Source: Acinetobacter wanghuae
GTDB taxonomy: Bacteria > Pseudomonadota > Gammaproteobacteria > Pseudomonadales > Moraxellaceae
Direction: 5' to 3'
DNA: 32,000 nucleotides
Assembly: GCF_009557235.1 (NCBI RefSeq)
Contig: NZ_CP045650.1
Span: 1 to 32,000 of the forward strand
A program made the position numbers and the translations under genes. Below are positions 12,331 to 20,148 of this stretch, in pieces. Under the pieces are notes generated by a model that was not told the DNA's origin, did not search any database, and saw nothing but the letters and a program-made list of their open reading frames with translations. Within the stretch, counting starts at the first letter, position 1, and the number at the start of each line of letters is the position of its first letter.

Positions 12331-13341
12331 ATGAAAAAAACGCTCCTATCTTTGGCTGCATTGACTGCAATTGGTTTAACCAATACCGCTCAGGCGGCAA
12401 AACTCGATATCTGTATTTTTGACTTGCTTGGTAAATCAGGTGAATCATTCCAAATGGCACAAGAATGGGCTTTGGCAGCAAAAGGTTGGGGGGCAGATGT
12501 GAACCTCATTGCACGCCAAGACGAAGCTGTTGCTGATAGTGACTTTAAGGCAGGTAAATGTGATGCTGTCTTTATGACTGCAATGCGTGCACGTCAATAC
12601 AATAAATTTGTAGGTTCGATTGATTCACTAGGCGGTGCACCAAGTAATGCGATTGCACAACGTGCGATTACGTTCGCTTTAGACAAACGTAATGCTGCAA
12701 AAATGGTGACGAATTTAGGCGGTAAAAAATATGAAATCGCAGGTATTGCACCTTTAGGTTCAGCGTTTATTTTTGTCCGTGACAAAAAGATCGATTCCAT
12801 TGAAAAGGCATCCGGTAAGAAATTTGCGGTATTAGGCTATGACGATGCACAAAAAATCATGGTGCAACGTGTTGGCGCTCAAGCCGTTCTTTCTGATGTC
12901 TCTAACTTTGTCGCGAAGTTCAATAATGGTCAGGTTGACATGGTCGGTGCACCGGCTTATGCCTATAAACCTTTAGAAATTTATAAAGGTTTAGGTACCA
13001 ATGGCGCAATGTTCAACTTCCCAGTATTGCATGTCACTGTTGATTTTGTGATTCGACCAGAAAAATTCCCTGCAGGCTTTGGTCAAAAATCACGTGATTG
13101 GTTTGTGAAAAACTTACCGAAAAGTATTGCGATGATCAATCGCTTAGAAGGTGAAATTCCAGCGAAATACAAAATGAACTTAGCAGCTGATGAAAAATTA
13201 AAATATCAAAAAATGTTGCGTGATGGTCGTATGGATATGACCAAAAAAGGCATTTATGACCCAGCAATGATGAGTGTACTTAAAAAAGCACGTTGCTCTG
13301 TCGATAAAGCAAACTTTGAATGTTCAACTAGCGGCGAATAA
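12331..13341 (+). CDS. Secreted putative solute-binding protein, paralogue 2 (AdeT-like)
   Basis: 336 aa with AAGGAA RBS. Signal peptide ending TAQA. Collinear with paralogue 1 over the full length, with well over half of positions identical by eye. Confidence 0.8.
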   Translation: MKKTLLSLAALTAIGLTNTAQAAKLDICIFDLLGKSGESFQMAQEWALAAKGWGADVNLIARQDEAVADSDFKAGKCDAVFMTAMRARQYNKFVGSIDSLGGAPSNAIAQRAITFALDKRNAAKMVTNLGGKKYEIAGIAPLGSAFIFVRDKKIDSIEKASGKKFAVLGYDDAQKIMVQRVGAQAVLSDVSNFVAKFNNGQVDMVGAPAYAYKPLEIYKGLGTNGAMFNFPVLHVTVDFVIRPEKFPAGFGQKSRDWFVKNLPKSIAMINRLEGEIPAKYKMNLAADEKLKYQKMLRDGRMDMTKKGIYDPAMMSVLKKARCSVDKANFECSTSGE

Positions 13342-13354
13342 TTTGATTTTAAAA

Positions 13355-13387
13355 GAAAAAAGCTTAGATTAATCTAGGCTTTTTTTA
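13355..13387 (+). terminator. Intrinsic terminator after paralogue 2
   Basis: Stem AGCTTAGA (13361-13368) / TCTAGGCT (13373-13380) including one G-U pair, TTAA loop, T-run at 13381-13387. Confidence 0.7.
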
Positions 13388-13530
13388 TATCACGACTGTC
13401 ATCTGAGCCATTGTCATTGTGTTTAAACAGGCTAAGCTAAATAAAATTTTAGCGTCATATCATCGAATAAGAATAGAGATATGTACGTGTACTTCCAAAA
13501 TAAAAATCATTGAATAAGGATAGAATTCGT

Positions 13531-14538
13531 ATGAAATTAGCTTTAAAAACCCTCGTCATGGGAATGGGTATTGCTGCATTTTCAGGTATAACCCAAGCCA
13601 AGCAAGTCGTTTGTGTTTTTGATTTAGTGGGTAAAAATGGTGACGTGTATAGCGTCATGAAGGATTACCAACTTGCCGCTAAAAAATGGGGCGCGGATAT
13701 CGAATTACGTGTAAATACTAATGAAGCAGTTGTTGCCGAAGACTTTAAAGCAGGCAAATGTGACGGGATTAGTGTCACAGGTATGCGTGGTCGTCAATTT
13801 AATAAATTTACTGGTTCTTTAGATGCCATTGGTGCGATTACCGATTTAAATTTGGCTGTCAAAGTCATGCAAGGTTTAGCAAGCCCGAAATTTGCGCCAC
13901 AAATGGTACAAGGTAAATATGAAATTGCCGGTGTGATTCCGATTGGTGATGCTTACCTTTTGGTGAACGACCGCAAAATTAATACCGTTGCCAAAGCGGC
14001 AGGTAAAAAGATTGCAGTGTTAAGTTATGACGAAGCACAAAAAATTATGGTGCAACAGGTTGGAGCACAAGCCGTCAGCGCTGAGATCACTAACTTTGCC
14101 AGTATGTTTAACAATGGTCAGGTCGACATTATTGGCGCGCCTGCAGCCGCATTCAAGCCGCTCGAGTTACATAAAGGTCTAGGCACCCAAGGTGCAATTG
14201 TGAATTATCCAATTTTACAAGTAACGGGTAATATTGTGATTCGACCAGAAAAATTCCCAGCAGGATTTGGTCAAAAATCGCGAGAATGGATTAAAGGTGA
14301 ATTACCGCGTGCTTTTAATATCTTAGGCAAAATGAAAGCGGATATTCCAAGTAAATATTGGATGGATGTGCCTGCAGCAGATAAACCGGGTTATCAAAAA
14401 ATGATGCGTGACGCGCGTGTCGACTTAACCAAACGTGGCATTTATGACAAACGTATGATGAAATTATTATGGCAATTCCGTTGTAAGAATGATCCGAAAA
14501 ACTTCGAATGTGCCTTACAAGATGAGAATTACAAGTAA
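13531..14538 (+). CDS. Secreted putative solute-binding protein, paralogue 3 (AdeT-like, most divergent)
   Basis: ORF track starts at TTG 13510. I prefer ATG 13531 (MKLALKTLVMGMGIAAFSGITQA signal peptide), which has AAGGA upstream. Same four-Cys pattern and the shared blocks DFKAGKCDG, QKIMVQQVGAQAV and IRPEKFPAGFGQKSR. Confidence 0.8.
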   Translation: MKLALKTLVMGMGIAAFSGITQAKQVVCVFDLVGKNGDVYSVMKDYQLAAKKWGADIELRVNTNEAVVAEDFKAGKCDGISVTGMRGRQFNKFTGSLDAIGAITDLNLAVKVMQGLASPKFAPQMVQGKYEIAGVIPIGDAYLLVNDRKINTVAKAAGKKIAVLSYDEAQKIMVQQVGAQAVSAEITNFASMFNNGQVDIIGAPAAAFKPLELHKGLGTQGAIVNYPILQVTGNIVIRPEKFPAGFGQKSREWIKGELPRAFNILGKMKADIPSKYWMDVPAADKPGYQKMMRDARVDLTKRGIYDKRMMKLLWQFRCKNDPKNFECALQDENYK

Positions 14539-14582
14539 TCTTGATGGAAATACTCGGGATTGACTTTTAATCTCAAAGAACT

Positions 14583-14625
14583 GACCATATATTGAGTATG
14601 TTATACTTGAAATATGGTCTTTTTC
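14583..14625 (+). terminator. Probable intrinsic terminator after paralogue 3
   Basis: GACCATAT (14583-14590) pairs with ATATGGTC (14612-14619). Inner AGTAT/ATACT pairing. T-run at 14620-14625. Confidence 0.5.
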
Positions 14626-14660
14626 ATTAAAAGACACCCCATTGAAAAGAGGAATCCACC

Positions 14661-14996
14661 ATGAATGCCCAAGCACTTGAGCTCACTGACAATGCTGCAA
14701 ATAAAGTACGCCAATTGCGCGACAGTGAAGGTAACCAAGACTTAATGCTCCGCGTTTATGTAACAGGTGGCGGTTGCTCTGGCTTCTCGTATGGTTTTAA
14801 TTTTGCAGAAAGCCAAAATGAAGATGATGCAGAATTTGTAAACGGTGATGTAAAAATGTTAGTCGATTCACTGAGCTATCAATACTTAGTGGGTTCGGTT
14901 GTCGATTATGTAGAAGGGTTGGATGGTTCACGCTTTATTGTGCAAAATCCAAATGCAACGACCACCTGTGGTTGTGGTTCATCTTTCTCAATTTAA
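14661..14996 (+). CDS. erpA: Iron-sulfur cluster insertion protein ErpA (A-type carrier)
   Basis: 111 aa with AGAGGA RBS. HesB/IscA family. [14 protein letters not shown] and C-terminal [10 protein letters not shown] supply the three cluster-ligand Cys. Near-collinear with E. coli ErpA from memory. Confidence 0.92.
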   Translation: MNAQALELTDNAANKVRQLRDSEGNQDLMLRVYVTGGGCSGFSYGFNFAESQNEDDAEFVNGDVKMLVDSLSYQYLVGSVVDYVEGLDGSRFIVQNPNATTTCGCGSSFSI

Positions 14997-15007
14997 TCGG
15001 TATGCAT

Positions 15008-15037
15008 AAAAAAATCCTCTTAAAGAGGATTTTTTTA
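15008..15037. terminator. Bidirectional intrinsic terminator between convergent erpA and the 123-aa ORF
   Basis: Stem ATCCTCTT (15014-15021) / AAGAGGAT (15023-15030), flanked by an A-run (15008-15013) and a T-run (15031-15037). Confidence 0.8.
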
Positions 15038-15060
15038 TGGCAGCTATATTTAAAATGATT

Positions 15061-15432
15061 TTATTTTTCGAGTTTGACGGCATCTAAAATATCAAAAATA
15101 GCCGTAGTCACGTCCTGACTTAATGCACGATGATTAAACACTTCATAAGCGGTAATCGTGATATCTGTATCGCTTGGCAATAAGCGCTGTTCTTCTTCAA
15201 TTAAATCTTTAATTGGCAATAATGTTTGTTTAACTTCAAGATGCAAAATATCTTTAAAAGCAATATTTTCATCATCAAGTTCAATCAATTGTTCATTAAA
15301 ATAAGGCAGTAAAATTGAATGAAGATAAGGCTGAATTTCAACAATATCAAAAATTTGAATATCGCGTGTTTCATCCACCGTACTAATGTGATCATTCACT
15401 TCAATTAAAATATGGTAGTAGCTCACGTGCAT
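15061..15432 (-). CDS. Hypothetical highly acidic small protein
   Basis: 123-aa ORF with about 25 Asp/Glu versus 8 Lys/Arg by my count. No signal peptide and no recognisable motif. GGAG directly abuts ATG 15432, so GTG at 15426 (third codon) may be the true start. No terminator between it and the upstream metzincin gene. Confidence 0.55.
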   Translation of the reverse strand: MHVSYYHILIEVNDHISTVDETRDIQIFDIVEIQPYLHSILLPYFNEQLIELDDENIAFKDILHLEVKQTLLPIKDLIEEEQRLLPSDTDITITAYEVFNHRALSQDVTTAIFDILDAVKLEK

Positions 15433-15543
15433 CTCCGATATGTTGCTAGGTGCTTATTTAATATTCACAATAGCATGAAAAGCAGCGCGATTGTACGTTC
15501 GATATCGAAAAAGGCATAAAAAGATTAAGGGATTTTTTACATT

Positions 15544-16458
15544 TTATTGCAGGGCTCTCAGCATAATCCGATCTGCTTCTTTTAAGCTGAAATTTTGCAT
15601 ATTCTGTCCGCCTAAAATAGGGTACATCAACGCTTCAGGATCGCTGTTGTGATCGAGACCCAATGCATGACCAAGTTCATGGGCAATAGTCAGGCGTAAG
15701 TCATCTTTGTTATCAAATTGATAAATTTCGATATGTCTGCCGTTATAAATGCCTTTATGAAACTCGCGTGGGGGAAAGCGTTGATTCATATGATCGACAT
15801 TTACATTGTAGGCATGAATATTTTGATTATGTTGCTGCACCTGTTGATTATATTGTTCATTTTCAGCTTTTAAATTGCGAATGGCTTGATCAAGCTGTTC
15901 AGCTTGAGCTTTGAGTTGTTGATATTGTTGCTCGATCTGCTGTCGATGTGGACCATTTTCATGTTCAATACGAGCCCAACTCATACGTTGCTGATTTAAC
16001 TGTTCAAAATCTTGATGTAATTGATCGCGCTGTATTTGCAGTTGTTGGTTGCGTTGTTCTAACGCACTATAGCGATCGTCTAACTCAGCTGAACGTTGTT
16101 GATTCATGTTTTGCGCTTCATCTAATTGCTTTCGACTGTTCTTTTGAGCTTCATATTCCATCTGACGTTGGTCATAAATCAGATTGATGGTTAATTTTGC
16201 CTTAGGGTCATACACCAATAATGGCTTGTCGGTGCCTTTTTGCCAAATTTGAATGGCATCTTCACATAGCTGCATCAGTTCAGATTGACTGATATTGAAA
16301 CGAGGGTCGACCTCACCCAAACGAAAGCGTAGGCGAGTATCGAAAGGGTGCATGATTTTATCAGCTGTGGTGCGATGTTCGGCTTTATTGGGATGATGAG
16401 ATGGAAAGAAGAGCCAGATGAACAATAACGCCCCAAGGGCAAAAAAAAGAGCGCGCAT
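15544..16458 (-). CDS. Matrixin-like (metzincin) zinc metalloprotease with N-terminal signal/anchor and internal Gln-rich coiled-coil insertion
   Basis: 304 aa. Hydrophobic N-terminus MRALFFALGALLFIWLFF. Metzincin zinc site HELGHALGLDH (HExxHxxGxxH) followed by a Met-turn (ALMYP). About 130 aa of Q/E/R/N-rich heptad-like sequence lies between the N-terminal and C-terminal halves of the catalytic domain. Confidence 0.8.
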   Translation of the reverse strand: MRALFFALGALLFIWLFFPSHHPNKAEHRTTADKIMHPFDTRLRFRLGEVDPRFNISQSELMQLCEDAIQIWQKGTDKPLLVYDPKAKLTINLIYDQRQMEYEAQKNSRKQLDEAQNMNQQRSAELDDRYSALEQRNQQLQIQRDQLHQDFEQLNQQRMSWARIEHENGPHRQQIEQQYQQLKAQAEQLDQAIRNLKAENEQYNQQVQQHNQNIHAYNVNVDHMNQRFPPREFHKGIYNGRHIEIYQFDNKDDLRLTIAHELGHALGLDHNSDPEALMYPILGGQNMQNFSLKEADRIMLRALQ

Positions 16459-16533
16459 AACAGTTTTAAATGATTATTTTTAAATTAATGTAGCTGAAAA
16501 GCAGCTTTAATCCTAGATGTTAAATCGCTGAAA

Positions 16534-16565
16534 TAAAAAAAACCGCGCTTTCGCGCGGTCTTTTT
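16534..16565 (-). terminator. Intrinsic terminator downstream of dnaK
   Basis: GC-rich stem ACCGCGC (16542-16548) / GCGCGGT (16553-16559) with TTTC loop. The A-run at 16534-16541 gives a U-run on the minus strand. A T-run on the other side makes it bidirectional in form. Confidence 0.85.
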
Positions 16566-16598
16566 GTTCACTCTTTCGAGTTAAATTAAAGCGACAAC

Positions 16599-18539
16599 TT
16601 ATTTTTTGTCATCTTTAACTTCAGTGAATTCAGCATCTACAACGCCGTCATCTGCTTTTTGAGATTGACCTTCACCGCCTTGGAACGCGTTTGGATCAAA
16701 ACCTTCAGCACCGCCTTGACCTTGCGCAGCTTCATAAGCACGTTGAGTAATCGGCATGATGATGTTTTGAAGTGCTTCAGTTTTCGCTTTAATTTCTTCT
16801 ACGTCATTTTCTTTCGTAGCAGCTTCAAGCTCAGTTACTGCAGCATCGATTGCAGTTTTTTCGTCTGCAGTCACTTGTTCGCCAAGATCTTTCACTGCTT
16901 TTTGAGCAGAAGATACAAGCGCATCCGCTTCGTTACGTGCTTTCGCTAATTCTTCGAATTTACGATCTTCTTCAGCATTCGCTTCAGCATCACGGATCAT
17001 CGCTTCGATTTCAGCATCAGACAAACCTGAGTTTGCTTTAATCTGGATAGATTGTTCTTTACCAGTGCTCTTATCTTTCGCAGATACTTTCAAGATACCA
17101 TCAGCGTTGATGTCGAACGATACTTCAATTTGTGGCACACCACGTGGAGCAGGTGGAATATCGCCCAATTGGAAGTTACCCAACAATTTATTTTGCTGAG
17201 CCATTTTACGTTCACCTTGGAACACAGAAATGTCTACAGCAGGTTGGTTGTCGGCAGCAGTTGAGAACACTTGAGATTTCTTCGCAGGAATCGTGGTGTT
17301 TTTCTCGATGATTGCTGTTAACACGCCACCCATGGTTTCAATACCAAGTGTAAGCGGTGTTACGTCAAGAAGAAGTACGTCAGTTTTGTCACCTGAAAGT
17401 ACAGCACCTTGAATTGCAGCACCCATTGCTACAGCTTCGTCTGGGTTCACGTCTTTACGTGGCTCACGACCGAAGAACTCTTGTACTTTTTGTTGTACAA
17501 GTGGCATACGAGACTGACCACCCACCAAGATTACGTCAGAGATGTCAGAAGTATTTAAACCAGCATCTTTAAGGGCAATCTTACATGGCTCAATGGTACG
17601 AGCAACTAAATCAGCAACCAAACCTTCAAGTTTAGAGCGAGTTACATTGATCACTAAGTGTTTAGGACCAGTTGCATCTGCTGTGATGTATGGAAGGTTA
17701 ATTTCAGTTGCATTCGAAGAAGAAAGCTCGATTTTTGCTTTTTCAGCAGCTTCTTTTAAACGTTGAAGTGCAAGCGGATCTTGTTTCAAGTTTACGCTTT
17801 GTTCTTTCTTGAATTCTTCCACTAAGTATTCAATTAACGCGTTATCGAAGTCTTCACCACCAAGGAATGTATCACCGTTCGTAGACAATACTTCGATTTG
17901 TTGGTCGCCATCAAGGTCAGCGATTTCGATGATTGATACGTCGAAAGTACCACCACCCAAGTCGTATACAGCAACTTTACGGTCGCCTTCTTTTTTGTCC
18001 ATACCGAACGCTAACGCAGCTGCTGTAGGTTCGTTGATGATACGTTTAACTTCTAGACCTGCAATTTTACCTGCATCTTTAGTCGCTTGACGCTGAGCAT
18101 CGTTGAAGTAAGCAGGAACGGTAATCACCGCTTCAGTTACTGTTTCGCCTAGGTAATCTTCAGCTGTTTTTTTCATCTTTTTCAAGATTTCAGCAGAGAT
18201 TTGTTGTGGCGCTAATTTTTTATCGTTTACATCAACCCAAGCATCGCCATTGTCAGCTTTGATGATTTTGTAAGGAACAAGACCGATGTCTTTTTGAACG
18301 GCTTGGTCTTGGTACTTACGACCGATCAAACGTTTGATCGCGAATAATGTATTTTTAGGGTTAGTCACTGCTTGACGTTTCGCAGATTGACCTACAAGAA
18401 TTTCACCATCTTTATACGCAATAATCGATGGAGTTGTACGCGCGCCTTCTGCGTTGTCGATTACTTTAACTTTGTCGCCTTCAAGTACAGCAACACAAGA
18501 GTTCGTTGTACCTAAGTCAATACCAATGATTTTAGCCAT
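16599..18539 (-). CDS. dnaK: Molecular chaperone DnaK (Hsp70)
   Basis: 646 aa. Hsp70 signatures [21 protein letters not shown] and [10 protein letters not shown]. Acidic C-terminal tail. Confidence 0.98.
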   Translation of the reverse strand: MAKIIGIDLGTTNSCVAVLEGDKVKVIDNAEGARTTPSIIAYKDGEILVGQSAKRQAVTNPKNTLFAIKRLIGRKYQDQAVQKDIGLVPYKIIKADNGDAWVDVNDKKLAPQQISAEILKKMKKTAEDYLGETVTEAVITVPAYFNDAQRQATKDAGKIAGLEVKRIINEPTAAALAFGMDKKEGDRKVAVYDLGGGTFDVSIIEIADLDGDQQIEVLSTNGDTFLGGEDFDNALIEYLVEEFKKEQSVNLKQDPLALQRLKEAAEKAKIELSSSNATEINLPYITADATGPKHLVINVTRSKLEGLVADLVARTIEPCKIALKDAGLNTSDISDVILVGGQSRMPLVQQKVQEFFGREPRKDVNPDEAVAMGAAIQGAVLSGDKTDVLLLDVTPLTLGIETMGGVLTAIIEKNTTIPAKKSQVFSTAADNQPAVDISVFQGERKMAQQNKLLGNFQLGDIPPAPRGVPQIEVSFDINADGILKVSAKDKSTGKEQSIQIKANSGLSDAEIEAMIRDAEANAEEDRKFEELAKARNEADALVSSAQKAVKDLGEQVTADEKTAIDAAVTELEAATKENDVEEIKAKTEALQNIIMPITQRAYEAAQGQGGAEGFDPNAFQGGEGQSQKADDGVVDAEFTEVKDDKK

Positions 18540-18622
18540 TTGGGTGTTTCCTCTAAAATTCTTTTATTCCCAAATCTTTCCCTCTATAGAAGAGAAATTA
18601 AAAGGGTTTCACTTGTGGTTCG

Positions 18623-18650
18623 ATATGAGAGCCAATCAAAATTTTTCAAG
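18623..18650 (-). promoter_or_regulatory. Candidate sigma32 (heat-shock) promoter for dnaK
   Basis: Minus strand reads CTTGAAA, a 13-14-nt spacer, then CTCTCATAT, versus consensus CTTGAAA-N13/14-CCCCATNT. Lies about 85-110 nt upstream of the dnaK ATG. The -10 match is imperfect. Confidence 0.5.
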
Positions 18651-18694
18651 TAAATATTTTTAAAAAAATTGAAAAACTCTCGAAATTCTTAGTC

Positions 18695-19234
18695 TTATTG
18701 ACCGACTAAAACCATAGCAGGACGAAGTAGACGACCGTTTAAGCTATAGCCTTTTTGTAATACGGTGCCAATTTCATTGGCTTTTGCATCAGGTGCAATA
18801 CCGACTGCTTGATGTAACTCAGCATTAAAACCATTGGCTGTATCGACAGCGACTACACCAAATTTTTCTAAAGTGGTGAGCAATGATTTAAGGGTCAATT
18901 CAACGCCTTCAGAGAATGCCGATTTTTCTTCGCCCACAGCGGCAATTGCACGCTCAAGGTTGTCGACTGAATCAAGCAGTTGTTTTGCAAATTTTTCTAG
19001 CACGATATCTTTATGCTTTTCTGACTCACGTTGAATACGTTCAACGCTTTTTTGCGCTTCATAGACCGCATTGGCTGTACGTGCTTTTTCTAACTTTAAG
19101 TCACCTTCAAGTTGAGCAATCTGTTCTTGTAGCGATTCAACGGTAACTTCAGCTTGTTCAGTTTCAGCCTGAGTTTGCGTTTCTGCTTGCTCTTGCCCAA
19201 GATCTTGAGCGTCTTGATTTTGCTCAGTTGCCAT
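18695..19234 (-). CDS. grpE: Nucleotide exchange factor GrpE
   Basis: The ORF extends to 19267, but ATG 19234 (MATEQNQ...) has GGAG 7 nt upstream, so I prefer it (179 aa). Acidic N-terminus, long coiled coil, and a GrpE-type C-terminal block ([16 protein letters not shown]). Lies directly upstream of dnaK. Confidence 0.9.
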   Translation of the reverse strand: MATEQNQDAQDLGQEQAETQTQAETEQAEVTVESLQEQIAQLEGDLKLEKARTANAVYEAQKSVERIQRESEKHKDIVLEKFAKQLLDSVDNLERAIAAVGEEKSAFSEGVELTLKSLLTTLEKFGVVAVDTANGFNAELHQAVGIAPDAKANEIGTVLQKGYSLNGRLLRPAMVLVGQ

Positions 19235-19345
19235 TGATTTACTCCGTTTAAATGGGTTCTTAAACATGTACAGTCCTTAGCCATCAGGTTTAACTGTGTT
19301 AATACCGAACTGCCATGACTTATGAAGTTCTTGATTACTTAAAGA

Positions 19346-19372
19346 AGTCGGGGCAAGCAATAAAAATTCAAG
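19346..19372 (-). promoter_or_regulatory. Sigma32 (heat-shock) promoter for grpE
   Basis: Minus strand reads CTTGAAT, a 12-13-nt spacer (TTTTATTGCTTG), then CCCCGACTT, a close match to CTTGAAA-N13/14-CCCCATNT. Lies about 110 nt upstream of the preferred grpE start. Confidence 0.65.
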
Positions 19373-19768
19373 CGAAAGTCCCGATTAAATTTAAGATTTA
19401 TCGAAAAATAGATAAAAAAATGCAGATAAATGAGATTTGCTCGGCACGAAGCCTAAAACAAGACTCAAGATTGAGATAAAACGTCAACGTGAGATCAAGT
19501 CTTGTTTATATAGATTGATTGGCACACATATCGAGATAAGCTTCAAAAACCATCAAAATAACGTGGTTGGATTGCTTGGTCGTTTCATGTTGGCTCAATT
19601 CAATTGACAATAGACTACAAGCTGAATTAATCGCTATTTTGGATCAAAGCGATAAGTTTTAACTGTTTTCATTTAGATCTAAATCATTGCATGATCATTG
19701 TTAAGAGCAGTGACCTTGTTTAGAGGAGAGAGCCGAATGAGGTTACTGTTTTATGATTTACCCTTTTC

Positions 19769-19801
19769 AGCTGAGTACTCCCCAAGGCTCAGCTTTTTTT
19801 T
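19769..19801 (+). terminator. Orphan plus-strand intrinsic terminator
   Basis: Stem AGCTGAG (19769-19775) / CTCAGCT (19788-19794), followed by a T-run to 19801. There is no annotated plus-strand gene upstream. Confidence 0.65.
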
Positions 19802-19948
19802 GCTAAATTTTTTTATTGATGTTTTTTTAGACATAAAAACGATTAATCATTAAGCAATAAAGTATTTCACAATAATAGACGCAAACACTATTATTGTTTT
19901 CAGATTCTATCGCTGTAGATTCTTCTTATTTTTGATATGTGTTTTCTG

Positions 19949-19978
19949 GCTTACCAATCCCTTGGTAAGCTTTTTTTT
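19949..19978 (+). terminator. Orphan plus-strand intrinsic terminator (strong)
   Basis: Perfect 9-bp stem GCTTACCAA (19949-19957) / TTGGTAAGC (19962-19970), TCCC loop, then 8 T (19971-19978). There is no annotated plus-strand gene upstream. Confidence 0.75.
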
Positions 19979-20040
19979 GCCCGTTCAAAAGTATCTGAAT
20001 CTTTTTACGGTTATATCCAGCAGAATCTCGTATTAAAAAT

Positions 20041-20060
20041 AAAAAAACCCACGAATGGGC
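20041..20060 (-). terminator. Probable intrinsic terminator of the repeat-lipoprotein gene
   Basis: Minus strand reads GCCCA-TTCG-TGGGT followed by a U-run (plus-strand A-run at 20041-20047). The stem is short but has a UUCG tetraloop. Lies about 90 nt after the stop at 20149. Confidence 0.5.
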
Positions 20061-20148
20061 TTCTTTATATAAGTCGGTTTTCACTGACTCTCATTTAAAA
20101 CAATTCTATGTAGCTTGAGTGATTAAATGATTTTATGGCTTTTGTGAT

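Noticed and set aside
12269-12481. 70-aa minus-strand ORF overlapping the start of AdeT-like copy 2, and a 67-aa minus-strand ORF at 13455-13658 overlapping copy 3.
   Set aside because: They overlap signal-peptide-encoding regions of well-supported paralogous genes and have no start signals.
16659-18663. Eight plus-strand ORFs antisense to dnaK, and two antisense to grpE (18834-19146).
   Set aside because: Shadow ORFs. dnaK and grpE identity is unambiguous.
19373-19386. GAAAGTCCCG, reminiscent of the RNase P RNA GGAAAGUCCGG core.
   Set aside because: It is an imperfect match, the surrounding sequence is AT-rich with none of the other conserved RNase P helices, and it sits inside the grpE promoter region.
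19315-19479. 54-codon plus-strand ORF (MTYEVLDYLKKSGQ...) just beyond the grpE start.
   Set aside because: It has no Shine-Dalgarno, overlaps the grpE sigma32 promoter on the other strand, and has a Lys-rich composition typical of AT-rich noncoding DNA.
19456-19507. 10-bp inverted repeat AAACAAGACT / AGTCTTGTTT separated by 32 nt.
   Set aside because: The loop is large, there is no U-run and no associated promoter. It could be a protein-binding site or chance, and the evidence is too thin to call a feature.
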